Assembly: GCA_045634445.1 (NCBI GenBank)
Contig: JAZRAG010000073.1
Span: 1 to 48,896 of the forward strand
Direction of reading: 5' to 3'
Length of the DNA stretch: 48,896 bases
Origin: Candidatus Spyradenecus sp.
Lineage (GTDB): Bacteria; Verrucomicrobiota; Kiritimatiellia; RFP12; DVOR01
The position numbers and the translations under genes are program-made. Shown here piece by piece: positions 36,968-46,630 of the stretch. The first letter of the stretch is position 1. The number at the start of each line of letters is the position of its first letter. The notes below the pieces were generated by a model. That model did not search any database. It saw only the letters and a program-made list of their open reading frames with translations, and had not been told where the DNA came from.

Positions 36968-39763
36968 ATGAGTAAGGAAAAATACGTTTATTTCTTCGGC
37001 GGCGACGCCTCTGAAGGAAACGGTTCGATGAAGATGCTCTTGGGCGGTAAGGGTGCTAACCTCGCCGACATGGCATCAATGGGCCTCCCCGTGCCCCCCG
37101 GCTTCACGATTACTACTGAAGCTTGCGGTAAGTATTACGAAATCGGCGAAGAACAGCTCTTCGCTAAGATCATGCCTGAAGTTGATGTCGCATTGGCTAC
37201 CCTCCAGGAAGTGACCGGCAAGACCTTCGGTAAGGGTCCCAATCCCCTCTTGGTCTCCGTCCGCTCTGGCGCTGCAGTCTCCATGCCCGGCATGATGGAC
37301 ACCGTGCTCAACCTCGGTCTCAACCCCGAAACCGTGGAAGCAATGATCGTCAAGACGGGCAACAAGCGCTTCGTCATGGACAGCTACCGCCGCTTCATTC
37401 AGATGTTCGGTAACGTTGTGATGGGCATGGAACACCACGACTTCGAACACGAACTCGAAACCGTCAAGGCCACCAAGGGCGTTAAGCTCGACACCGAACT
37501 CTCCGCTGAAGACCTCGAAGAAGTGATCGCTCGCTACAAGAAGGTCATCAAGGCTCAGCTCGGAAAGGACTTCCCCACCGACGCTTACGAACAGCTCAAG
37601 ATGGGTATCCGCGCTGTGTTCAGCTCCTGGAACAACCCCCGCGCTATCAAGTATCGCGAACTCAACGACATCCGTGGTCTCGCTGGTACCGCAGTGAACG
37701 TCCAAACGATGGTGTTCGGTAACAGCGGTAACAACTCCGCTACCGGCGTGGCATTCTCCCGCGACCCCTCCACTGGTGACAACTCCTACTTCTACGGCGA
37801 ATACCTCATCAATGCACAGGGTGAAGACGTTGTGGCTGGTATCCGTACGCCTCAGGAAATCACCATCGCTGGTTCCCGTGAATGGGCTAAGCGCGCTGGC
37901 ATCTCCGAAGAAGAACGCCTCGCTAAGTACCCCTCTCTCGAAGAAGCAATGCCTGAAGTCTTCAAGGAATTCGACGCTATCCGCGCAAAGCTCGAACTCC
38001 ACTACAAGGACATGCAGGACATGGAATTCACCATCGAAGATGGTCGTCTCTACATGCTCCAGACCCGTAACGGCAAGCGCACCGCTGCAGCAGCTGTTCG
38101 TATCGCAACCGACCTCGTGAAGGAAGGCCTCATCGACGAACAGACCGCAGTGCTCCGCGTCGAACCTCAGCAGCTCGATCAGCTCCTCCACCCCGTGTTC
38201 AACGCTGTGGCAGAAAAGAACGCTAAGACCATCGCTACTGGCCTCCCCGCATCTCCTGGCGTGGCTACCGGTAAGGTTGTCTTCACCGCTGAAGACGCTG
38301 AAACTTGGGCTAAGCTTGGCAAGAAGGTCATCCTCTGCCGTGCAGAAACCTCTCCTGAAGATATCGCTGGCATGGTCTCCGCTCAGGGTATCCTCACCGC
38401 TCGTGGTGGTATGACCTCCCACGCAGCTGTGGTGGCTCGCGGTATGGGTAAGTGCTGCGTGGCTGGTTGCGGTGACGCACTCATCGACGCTAAGGCTAAG
38501 ACCATCAAGATCGGCGACGTTGTTCTCCGTGAAGGCGATTGGATCTCCCTCAATGGTTCCACCGGTAAGGTTTACGAAGGCCGCATCGAAACCCGCGACC
38601 CTGAACTTACTGGTCCCTTCGCTGAAATCATGGCCCTCGCTGACAAGTACCGCACCATGGGCGTCCGCACCAATGCTGATACTCCCCGTGACACGCAGGT
38701 CGCTGTTCGCTTCGGCGCTGAAGGTATCGGCCTCTGCCGTACCGAACACATGTTCTTCTCCGAAGACCGCATCATCGCTTTCCGCCGCATGATTCTCGTG
38801 GCTGAAAAGGTGAAGAAGCTCAAGGAAGCCCTCGCAATGGCCGCTTCCGACGCTGAAAAGGCAGCCATCCAGGCACAGCTCGAAGCTCCTCTCGCACAGT
38901 ACAATGCTGCGCTCGAAACGCTTCTCCCCTTGCAGCGCTCTGACTTCGAAGGCATCTTCCAGGCACTCGACGGCCGCGAATGCACCGTCCGCTTGCTCGA
39001 CCCGCCCTTGCACGAATTCGTCCCGCACGACGAAGCTGGCCAGGCCGAAATGGCCAAGGTCATGGGCATCTCCGTGGAAGAAGTCAAGCAGCTCGTGGAA
39101 GAACTCCATGAATTCAACCCGATGCTCGGTCACCGCGGTTGCCGTCTCGGCATCTCCTACCCTGAAGTCACCGAAATGCAGGTCCGCGCTATCTGCGAAG
39201 CTGCTGCCAACGTCCAGGGCGCTCGCCCCGAAATCATGGTTCCGTTGGTCGGTAACGTCAAGGAACTCCTCTCTCAGAAGCAGATCATCGTTGACACGAT
39301 CGCTGCAGTTGAGAAGGAACGCGGCATCAAGCTCGAAGTGCTCATCGGTACGATGATCGAAGTGCCTCGTGCAGCTCTCACCTCCGACGAAATCGCTAAG
39401 GAAGTTGACTTCTTCTCCTTCGGCACGAACGACCTCACGCAGACCACCTGCGCCTTCTCTCGTGACGACGCTGGTAAGTTCCTCCGCGACTACGTCTCCA
39501 AGGGCTTCTACGAATACGATCCCTTCATCGTGCTCGACCAGGCTGGCGTTGGTAAGTTGATGAAGTTCGCCGTTTCCCAGGCTAAGGAAGTCAACACAGG
39601 CATCCGCCTCGGCATCTGCGGTGAACACGGTGGCGAACCCCGCTCTGTGGAATTCGCTAACACCATCGGCTTGACCTATGTGTCCTGCTCTCCTTACCGT
39701 GTGCCGATCGCACGCCTCGCTGCAGCTCAGGCTGCAATCAAGGCTGCTCGCGCTGCTAAGTAA
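36968..39763 (+). CDS. ppdK: Pyruvate, phosphate dikinase
   Basis: LGGKGANL, SVRSGA, GGMTSHAAVVARG (phospho-His), GLCRTEHMF, SFGTNDLTQ, ICGEHGG; strongly biased codons. Confidence 0.98.
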   Translation: MSKEKYVYFFGGDASEGNGSMKMLLGGKGANLADMASMGLPVPPGFTITTEACGKYYEIGEEQLFAKIMPEVDVALATLQEVTGKTFGKGPNPLLVSVRSGAAVSMPGMMDTVLNLGLNPETVEAMIVKTGNKRFVMDSYRRFIQMFGNVVMGMEHHDFEHELETVKATKGVKLDTELSAEDLEEVIARYKKVIKAQLGKDFPTDAYEQLKMGIRAVFSSWNNPRAIKYRELNDIRGLAGTAVNVQTMVFGNSGNNSATGVAFSRDPSTGDNSYFYGEYLINAQGEDVVAGIRTPQEITIAGSREWAKRAGISEEERLAKYPSLEEAMPEVFKEFDAIRAKLELHYKDMQDMEFTIEDGRLYMLQTRNGKRTAAAAVRIATDLVKEGLIDEQTAVLRVEPQQLDQLLHPVFNAVAEKNAKTIATGLPASPGVATGKVVFTAEDAETWAKLGKKVILCRAETSPEDIAGMVSAQGILTARGGMTSHAAVVARGMGKCCVAGCGDALIDAKAKTIKIGDVVLREGDWISLNGSTGKVYEGRIETRDPELTGPFAEIMALADKYRTMGVRTNADTPRDTQVAVRFGAEGIGLCRTEHMFFSEDRIIAFRRMILVAEKVKKLKEALAMAASDAEKAAIQAQLEAPLAQYNAALETLLPLQRSDFEGIFQALDGRECTVRLLDPPLHEFVPHDEAGQAEMAKVMGISVEEVKQLVEELHEFNPMLGHRGCRLGISYPEVTEMQVRAICEAAANVQGARPEIMVPLVGNVKELLSQKQIIVDTIAAVEKERGIKLEVLIGTMIEVPRAALTSDEIAKEVDFFSFGTNDLTQTTCAFSRDDAGKFLRDYVSKGFYEYDPFIVLDQAGVGKLMKFAVSQAKEVNTGIRLGICGEHGGEPRSVEFANTIGLTYVSCSPYRVPIARLAAAQAAIKAARAAK

Positions 39764-39777
39764 GAATCAGCTAAAAG

Positions 39778-39817
39778 CAAAAACAAAGAGCACCGTTCGC
39801 GGTGCTCTTTGTTTTTT
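39778..39817 (+). terminator. ppdK terminator
   Basis: AAAGAGCACCG-TTCG-CGGTGCTCTTT-GTTTTTT. Confidence 0.9.
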
Positions 39818-40074
39818 ACAATACTTACGCGATAGGCTGAAAGTCCCCATTACTTATTTGAAACGCTAGACTCTAAGACTTTTCAGCTTTAATGCAGTCA
39901 TCCTCGTGAATACTAACGCTCGCGTATTGAATTAGAATCAATCTAACGCAAACCTATAGTGTCCGAATAGACAACACAAGAAATAAAGTATGAAAACATT
40001 TAATAAAAGCAATCTCATTCAATAGCGGGAAAAGCCCACCACTGAATGAGAACTAATAAATAACGAATGCGTCG

Positions 40075-42039
40075 TTAGAAATCAATGTAATCGCGCAAAT
40101 GCACTGCGAGAGCATGAGCATTGACCGCGTCAAGACGTTGCAAGACACAACGCCAACGGTAAGCCATGGACCCGTTTTCATCCAATTGATGATCTCGGAA
40201 GAGGGTGTCAAACCCTGCACGATGCTCGCGATACATACGCTGAATACGCGTTAATTCGTCCTCAAAGGCATTCACGTAGATGCGTACAATTGATTCGAAG
40301 TTGCGAATCAAATGTTTACGCTTATTGAGCGCTTTTGCGTAATCGGCGATAGTTTCGGTGTAAGCACGACGATAGTTACAGAATGAGCCTGTTGGTTCTG
40401 AGAGCACAAGGCGTTCTGGGAGACCAAGAGCATTCATTAGTACAACTTCGTCACCATCGTCAAAGATGGTCTTCCCGCTCTCAACAGCAGCGCGTCCCAC
40501 AACAAGATTGGGCGCAGCAGCTTGTCCAAGTAGGCGGAAGAAACATTGACAGAAGGCATCGGAGGCGTAGAGATTTTCTGGAATCTTATCGGTGGCGCAC
40601 CCTGCGATGTAGTCGCGTTCGAAGTAGCCGGTCCAGACGTGATGGCAACACCCACTGCGGTCACAAACGGTTTCGCGGAAGGTGCGCGGAATCATTGAGG
40701 AGGGCAAGTGCATGCCGAGCTGGCGGGCACCGAGGCGACGGTCCATGACGTAGTCGGTGTAGTCCTCTGCCTCTAACATTGCCTGCAGGAGGGGTTTACC
40801 TTCTGCCAAATGTGAAGCCACAGTCCAACGTTGGATACGGATAATCTTCACTTGGGGTTGCGGGCGGTGCTTTTCCTTCATCTCAACGATGTAGACGAGC
40901 GCGCGCGGACCTTGGCCCTTACGACCAGAGAGCGAACGGCGTGTACGGCCAATATTGACGTACTCAATCTGGGAGTATTCGCGCAAATAGTTAAAGAGGA
41001 TAGCGCGTGCACGGTGGTCACACATACGGCGAAGCTGCTCATCTTCCGGATGGGCATCTGCTTCAGCAAAGACGGGGTCAAAAAAGAGTTCGCCCTCAAC
41101 CACACGACCGCCTGGCAACCATTCAATCTGCATGAAGAATTCTGGCGAGAGGCCTTCAATCACAGCCGAAACGCCCGTTTCATTGGCCTTCTGCACGAGG
41201 ACGGCGGTTAATGCCTTACGCCAACCTGGGTCATCGGGGTCATCGCGCATGAGGCAGACCTCATGGACGGAGGATTCAAAGGTCGCTAAGAGGCGTTCGT
41301 AGGCGAGGCGTAATGCCGTAGCATCAAGATTTTCAAAGTCGTATTTGCTAAAGGCATCCGAAGGAAGCGCGCCACGCGGGAGGAGGTCGATTTCGGGATT
41401 GGCAAAGCGATTGCGCAATACAATATTCTTCGCGATTTCAACCAAATGTAAGCGCAGTTCATCATCGGAGAAAGCCCCTAACGAACGGAAGTTACCGAGC
41501 GTTAAGAAGCGCGTACCCGTCAAATGATTGTAGAAGTAAATCGGGCGTCCACTAATGCCAACACGCGAATTTTCAATCATCGTACGGATTTCTTCTTCGA
41601 ATCGCGGCACTGGCGCCATTCGCCATGCTTCACCACGGGTACGAAGCGCATCACGAACGAGTTGGTTTTGAATGTTCAAGTAGCGAATCTTACGCTTTGA
41701 AACGAATTGTTGCAAGAATTCATCACCGCGCAATGCCAATGGCATATTTCGCGGATCAGGACGAATCAAAGCAAAGTTTTCGTCAAAGAGTAAGTCAACG
41801 CTCTCTGCGATTTCGGCCTCAACTTCAGCCTCTGTCAAGGGCGGCTCGCCCTGCTCTTCACGACGACGATTCAATTCGTCAATAAAGGCCATGCGTTGCA
41901 TCGCATGAATGCCTTTGGTTGTGATAAAACCAGGCGTACGTAAGAAAATTGTACCGATACGAGAAGCAAGCAGACCCTTCGCATCGCGTGCAAAGGGTTC
42001 TGGGCCTAATCGAATAATGCCACTTTCGGATGTTGTCAT
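40075..42039 (-). CDS. Hypothetical 654-aa cytoplasmic protein, coupled to folD
   Basis: Long ORF with genome-typical codon use; ATGA overlap with the folD stop; no family recognised with confidence. Confidence 0.85.
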   Translation of the reverse strand: MTTSESGIIRLGPEPFARDAKGLLASRIGTIFLRTPGFITTKGIHAMQRMAFIDELNRRREEQGEPPLTEAEVEAEIAESVDLLFDENFALIRPDPRNMPLALRGDEFLQQFVSKRKIRYLNIQNQLVRDALRTRGEAWRMAPVPRFEEEIRTMIENSRVGISGRPIYFYNHLTGTRFLTLGNFRSLGAFSDDELRLHLVEIAKNIVLRNRFANPEIDLLPRGALPSDAFSKYDFENLDATALRLAYERLLATFESSVHEVCLMRDDPDDPGWRKALTAVLVQKANETGVSAVIEGLSPEFFMQIEWLPGGRVVEGELFFDPVFAEADAHPEDEQLRRMCDHRARAILFNYLREYSQIEYVNIGRTRRSLSGRKGQGPRALVYIVEMKEKHRPQPQVKIIRIQRWTVASHLAEGKPLLQAMLEAEDYTDYVMDRRLGARQLGMHLPSSMIPRTFRETVCDRSGCCHHVWTGYFERDYIAGCATDKIPENLYASDAFCQCFFRLLGQAAAPNLVVGRAAVESGKTIFDDGDEVVLMNALGLPERLVLSEPTGSFCNYRRAYTETIADYAKALNKRKHLIRNFESIVRIYVNAFEDELTRIQRMYREHRAGFDTLFRDHQLDENGSMAYRWRCVLQRLDAVNAHALAVHLRDYIDF

Positions 42040-42929
42040 GACTTCACCTGAAGGGTGCGAACTGCTGCTTGATAGGTATTTTCAAGAAGCATCGTAATCG
42101 TCATTGGACCCACGCCGCCAGGAACAGGCGTCAATTTCGAAGCCACCTGTGCGACGGAGTCAAAGTCACAATCGCCACAGAGGCGATATCCAGTCTTGAT
42201 GCCTTCACAAGGCACGCGATTGACACCCACGTCAATCACCACTGCGCCAGGCTTTACCATATCGCCTGTCACGGTATTCGGGCGGCCAGAGGCCACAACT
42301 AAGATGTCTGCTTGGCGTGTGTAGGTCGCGAGGTCACGCGTAGCAGTATGACAGAGCGTCACGGTAGCATTGCCACCAGGGGCCTTACGGGCGAGCAACT
42401 GCGCGACCGGCTTACCCACGATATTACTGCGACCAATCACCACTGCGTGTGCACCTGCGGTTTCCACACCAGAACGTAAAAGCATTTGAATCACACCATG
42501 CGGTGTGCACGGCAAAAAACAGGGTTCGCCAATAACCATTTTACCGACATTCACGGGCGTAAAGCCATCCACATCCTTTTCGGGGGCGATTGCGCGAATC
42601 ACTTCAGCCTCGTCCAAGCCCTTCGGGAGCGGCAATTGTACGAGAATGCCATGCACGTTTGGATCTGCATTTAAACGATCAATCACGGCCAATAATTCAG
42701 CTTGAGTCGTAGTAGCAGGCATACGGATATCCACAGAGTGCATGCCTGCAGCTTCAAGGGCTTGTTCTTTTGCCGTTACATATGAACGCGAGGCCGGGTC
42801 ATCACCCACGAGCACTACGCCTAATCCAGGAACTACGCCAGTATCTTCTTTAAGTGCGATTACTTTTTGACGAATTTCTTCACGCATTTCGGCGGCTAAT
42901 GCCTTACCATCAATTAATTCTGCTGCCAT
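42036..42929 (-). CDS. folD: Methylenetetrahydrofolate dehydrogenase/cyclohydrolase
   Basis: GILVQLPLP, KDVDG, PCTP, GRSNIVGKP, TPVPGGVGPMT. Confidence 0.97.
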   Translation of the reverse strand: MAAELIDGKALAAEMREEIRQKVIALKEDTGVVPGLGVVLVGDDPASRSYVTAKEQALEAAGMHSVDIRMPATTTQAELLAVIDRLNADPNVHGILVQLPLPKGLDEAEVIRAIAPEKDVDGFTPVNVGKMVIGEPCFLPCTPHGVIQMLLRSGVETAGAHAVVIGRSNIVGKPVAQLLARKAPGGNATVTLCHTATRDLATYTRQADILVVASGRPNTVTGDMVKPGAVVIDVGVNRVPCEGIKTGYRLCGDCDFDSVAQVASKLTPVPGGVGPMTITMLLENTYQAAVRTLQVKS

Positions 42930-43147
42930 TTTAATAAACTCCGTAGCAACGTTTTAGCAATCTTGCCTATACATTAACACATATAGCGTTTTTTCGCAAT
43001 GGCAAATCTCTCTAAAAACACACTAAACAGACGCTTTTTTCACTTCCCAAAGCTCCTTTCAATCTCGCCCTTACGTTGACTTCGCCCAAACGCCGCCTCC
43101 CCTCTCCCTCCTCTGCAAACTTTTTTCAACAATTTTCAAAAAAGTAC

Positions 43148-43176
43148 TTGCATTCAAGAAACGCATTTGGCATAAT
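43148..43176 (+). promoter_or_regulatory. tRNA promoter
   Basis: TTGCAT-17bp-CATAAT with TG at 43168-43169. Confidence 0.7.
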
Positions 43177-43196
43177 ATGTCGCGTTTTACGTTTAT

Positions 43197-43270
43197 TGCC
43201 TCATTGTGTAACGGTAGCACAACTGACTCTGGATCAGTTTGTCAAGGTTCGAATCCTTGTGAGGCAACCA
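43197..43270 (+). tRNA. tRNA-Gln (anticodon CTG)
   Basis: Acceptor stem TGCCTCA/TGAGGCA; anticodon arm ACTGA-CTCTGGA-TCAGT; T-loop GGTTCGAATCC; encoded CCA. Confidence 0.97.
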
Positions 43271-43278
43271 TCTGAAAG

Positions 43279-43313
43279 AAAGTCTGTAGAGCGCGTCTCT
43301 GCGGACTTTTTTT
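43279..43313 (+). terminator. Terminator after tRNA-Gln
   Basis: AAAGTCTGTAGAG...CTCTGCGGACTTTTTTT. Confidence 0.7.
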
Positions 43314-43335
43314 GATTTAGGGAAGGAGCCCAACC

Positions 43336-43818
43336 ATGGTTGAAAGTCTTTTGGATATTCTGCGTTCCAATGCAAAGGAATCGCCTGAAAATATGGCGCG
43401 TTTGCTTGGTGTAGACGTTGCTGAAGTGGAAGCTGCCATTGCGAAGTTAGAAGAAGATGGCGTCATCCGCGGCTGGCAGGCCATCATCAATGAAGACCTC
43501 CTCCCCCATGATTACGTTACTGCAGCCATTGAAGTGCGTGTCACCCCTGAACGCGATGGCGGCTTCAACCGCATTGCCGAAGAAGTCAGCCGCTTCGAAG
43601 AAACCGAAGCTGTCTACTTGATGAGCGGCGCCTATGACCTTCTTCTCTTCGTCAGCGGCAAGAACCTCCTCTCCGTGGCACGTTTCGTGAGCGAAAAGCT
43701 CTCCACCATCCGCGGAATCATCTCCACCGCTACCCACTTCCGTTTGAAAACTTACAAGCAGAACAACGTCTTGATGGCAAAGCCCCAGGACGATGGTCGC
43801 CTTGTTGTGAGCCCCTAA
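43336..43818 (+). CDS. Lrp/AsnC family transcriptional regulator
   Basis: N-terminal HTH...LEEDGVIRG; YLMSGAYDL; STATHF. Confidence 0.92.
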   Translation: MVESLLDILRSNAKESPENMARLLGVDVAEVEAAIAKLEEDGVIRGWQAIINEDLLPHDYVTAAIEVRVTPERDGGFNRIAEEVSRFEETEAVYLMSGAYDLLLFVSGKNLLSVARFVSEKLSTIRGIISTATHFRLKTYKQNNVLMAKPQDDGRLVVSP

Positions 43819-43819
43819 T

Positions 43820-44986
43820 ATGGATCCACACGACTATTTAGCCCGTCATATCGTGGATTTGCCAAAGAGTGGCATCCGCGAATTCTTTGACATCGTTAGC
43901 ACGCGCACAGGCGTGGTCTCCCTCGCAATTGGCGAACCCGACTTTGACTCCCCTTGGCACATTCGTGAAGCCGCAGCGAAGTCCTTAGACCGCGGTTGCA
44001 CCCATTACACTGGCAATGCTGGCTTAATGGAGTTGCGCACCGCTATCGCAGGCTATGTCAAAGACAACTTCGGTGGCACCTATGACCCCGCCACCGAAAT
44101 CCTCATCACCGTGGGCGCGTCCGAAGGTCTTGATATTGCCCTTCGCGCCATCTTAAACCCCGGCGATGAAGTACTCTATCATGAGCCCTGCTTCGTGAGT
44201 TATGGCCCCGAAATCGCCATGGCACACGGCGTACCTGTGCCCGTGGAAACGCGTGTAGAAGACAACTTCCGCCTCTCGATTGATGCTTTGGAAGCCAAGG
44301 TCACCCCGCGCACCAAGGCCATCATGCTCAACTTCCCCAACAATCCCACAGGCGCCGTCTTGGAACGCGCCGATGTGGAGGCCATTGCAGCCTTCGCCAT
44401 TCGTCACAATTTGATTGTGATCTCTGACGAAATCTACGCAGAAATGACTTGGGGTGGCAAAAAGCACGTTTCTTTCGCATCAATCCCTGAATTGCGTGAC
44501 CGCCTCATCTTGCACCACGGCTACTCCAAGTCTTGGGCAATGACTGGCTTCCGCATGGCCTATGTCTGCGCTCCCAAGTGGATGATGGATACCATCTTGA
44601 AGATTCATCAGTACGCTATCATGTGCGCGCCCACCACCTCACAGTACGCTGCACTTGAGGCTATGCGCCACCCCGCAGAAGACATGAAGCCCATGCTCCA
44701 GGCCTACGAACAGCGTCGCAACTTCCTGCGCGCCGCCTTCGCAGACGCAGGCATCCCGATGCACAATCCCGCGGGCGCCTTCTATGCCTTCCCGCAGATT
44801 GAAAAGTTTGGTCTTACCTCGCGCGAATTTGCCGTGCGCCTCCTTGACGCCGAAAATGTCGCGGTCGTTCCTGGCACCGCCTTTGGTGCTTGCGGCGAAG
44901 GCTTTGTACGCTGCTCCTACGCCACAGGCCTTGAGCAACTCAAAGAAGCCGTCACCCGCATTGCGCGCTTCGTCAAAACCCTTTAA
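43820..44986 (+). CDS. PLP-dependent aminotransferase, class I/II
   Basis: GEPDF, PNNPTG, SDEIY, GYSKSWAMTGFR, VVPGTAFG. Confidence 0.95.
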   Translation: MDPHDYLARHIVDLPKSGIREFFDIVSTRTGVVSLAIGEPDFDSPWHIREAAAKSLDRGCTHYTGNAGLMELRTAIAGYVKDNFGGTYDPATEILITVGASEGLDIALRAILNPGDEVLYHEPCFVSYGPEIAMAHGVPVPVETRVEDNFRLSIDALEAKVTPRTKAIMLNFPNNPTGAVLERADVEAIAAFAIRHNLIVISDEIYAEMTWGGKKHVSFASIPELRDRLILHHGYSKSWAMTGFRMAYVCAPKWMMDTILKIHQYAIMCAPTTSQYAALEAMRHPAEDMKPMLQAYEQRRNFLRAAFADAGIPMHNPAGAFYAFPQIEKFGLTSREFAVRLLDAENVAVVPGTAFGACGEGFVRCSYATGLEQLKEAVTRIARFVKTL

Positions 44987-45006
44987 TTACGGAGACACTT
45001 CACACT

Positions 45007-45900
45007 ATGCCTCCTCCTACCACCACTAGCAAGCCCAAAATCGCCATCGTCACTCGCGATGAAGAAGGCATCTCTTTACAAGACTTCCTCGCCGGCCGCC
45101 TCAATGTGACAAAGCGCGCCGCAAAAACGATGATTGATGCACGCGTTGTTTGGGTCAATCGCAAACTCGTCTGGATCGCACGTCACGTGCTCAAGCCCGG
45201 CGACAAAGTTGCCTTCGTGGTCCAACGTAGCACTGGTGCTAAGCAAGATAAATCCACCGAAACACGCCCCCACATCCGCGTGCTCTGGCAGGATGAATGG
45301 TACCTCGCTGTTGACAAACCCGCAGGCGTTCTTACACAGGGTCGTAACTCCGCAGAAGAAATTCTTCGCGTACAAGAGCACAATCCGCAGATCGCAGCCG
45401 TCCACCGACTCGACCGCGAGACCTCTGGCGTCATTCTCTTCAGCAAAAACGAAGAAGCACACGAAGCCGCCATTGCGATGTTCAAGACCCACCGCGTCAT
45501 TAAGTTCTATAACGCCATCGCCTCCGGCAGTGTTGACCGACTCTCCTCGACCCTCACCGAAACCCTCGATGGCGAACGCGCCGTCACCCATATGCGCCGT
45601 TTGCAGGCCACGGCAGACGCCACCTTCCTCTCTCTGCGCATTGAAACGGGTCGTACCCACCAGATTCGCCGACACCTCTCTGGCATCCGCCACCCCGTGA
45701 TTGGCGACCGTCAATACGGCATGAAGCACTCCGATGACCCCCGCGTTCTCTCGGTGACCCGCCAAATGCTTCACGCGAGCGAAATTGAGCTCCCCCACCC
45801 CATGATTACGGGCGTGCACATCAAAGCACACGCCCCTCTTCCCGCCGACTTCCGAGCCGCCCTCAAACTCTTTGGCCTCGGCAAGCGTGGTAAAAAGTAA
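45007..45900 (+). CDS. RluA-family pseudouridine synthase
   Basis: VDKPAG, HRLDRETSG, TGRTHQIR, QMLHA. Confidence 0.93.
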   Translation: MPPPTTTSKPKIAIVTRDEEGISLQDFLAGRLNVTKRAAKTMIDARVVWVNRKLVWIARHVLKPGDKVAFVVQRSTGAKQDKSTETRPHIRVLWQDEWYLAVDKPAGVLTQGRNSAEEILRVQEHNPQIAAVHRLDRETSGVILFSKNEEAHEAAIAMFKTHRVIKFYNAIASGSVDRLSSTLTETLDGERAVTHMRRLQATADATFLSLRIETGRTHQIRRHLSGIRHPVIGDRQYGMKHSDDPRVLSVTRQMLHASEIELPHPMITGVHIKAHAPLPADFRAALKLFGLGKRGKK

Positions 45901-45917
45901 GCTCAAGTCGCACAACT

Positions 45918-45950
45918 AGAAAACGCCCTCCACCAGGGCGTTTTTCTTTT
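45918..45950 (+). terminator. Terminator after the RluA-family gene
   Basis: AAAACGCCCT-CCACC-AGGGCGTTTTTCTTTT. Confidence 0.85.
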
Positions 45951-45980
45951 ATCCCGTCATCCCAAAAATATACCTCATTA

Positions 45981-46063
45981 AAAGACTGCCCATGTCGAAA
46001 GTAAAGACTGCCCATGTTGAGGTTAGACATGGTCAGTCTTTTATTTGAATACAGCCAGTCTTT
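45981..46063. repeat. 22-bp-period direct and inverted AAAGACTG array
   Basis: AAAGACTGCCCATGT at 45981 and 46003; inverted ACATGGTCAGTCTTT at 46027 and CAGTCTTT at 46056. Confidence 0.8.
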
Positions 46064-46084
46064 TAGCCGAAAAATAGCCCCAAA

Positions 46085-46172
46085 TGAAAACAAGCCTTTT
46101 TGAACCTCAAAACAACCTCTTTTCAATTTCAAAACAACCTGTTCTGAACTTCAAAACAACCCTTTTTGTAAT
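46085..46172 (+). repeat. 4 x 22-bp iteron-like tandem repeat (TCAAAACAACC family)
   Basis: Units start at 46085, 46107, 46129 and 46151; reverse complement of the 12154-12219 family. Confidence 0.85.
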
Positions 46173-46630
46173 ATCGTGAATAATGAATAAAATAAAGGAG
46201 TGAACTCAAAAAAAATAAAAGTACGGAAAGGCTCAATAATTTAACCCCGTAGCAGACGTCCTAAATGCCTCTTTGCATAATTTCTTGAAGCAAAGAGAGA
46301 TTTCATTTTCAAACCCAATGAGTTTAGCGGCGAGGATGCTTGGATTCGGACGACATCGGGCTGAGTTGGGTGCGAAATCGCGTGGGATGTGACGGACGTT
46401 TACGTTGTGTTCCCCTTCAAAAGACGGAAGGAACTACGACTGATTAAACCACGAATAGTGCAAATTCACACGAATGGTGCGAGAACGATTACAAAGTCCT
46501 TGCTTGTGATAGGGAAAAAGGTGTAGGATAGTGGTGTCCTTGGAGAATTGGGGTGATTGGATGAAAGAATATTGATGAGAACCAACCGGACTTCTGACGA
46601 CTTGATGTTTTGATTTAGTAGAGGAAAGAA

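Noticed and set aside
37076-39628. 850-aa ORF antisense to ppdK
   Set aside because: Shadow of a highly codon-biased gene that avoids TTA/CTA/TCA codons.
43197-43270. tRNA-Gln as an integration site
   Set aside because: No integrase and no duplicated tRNA 3' end seen; flanked by housekeeping genes.
46085-46172. Possible CRISPR mini-arrays (also 12154-12219 and 23514-23573)
   Set aside because: The 20-22-bp period leaves no room for unique spacers, the repeats are degenerate, and there are no cas genes.
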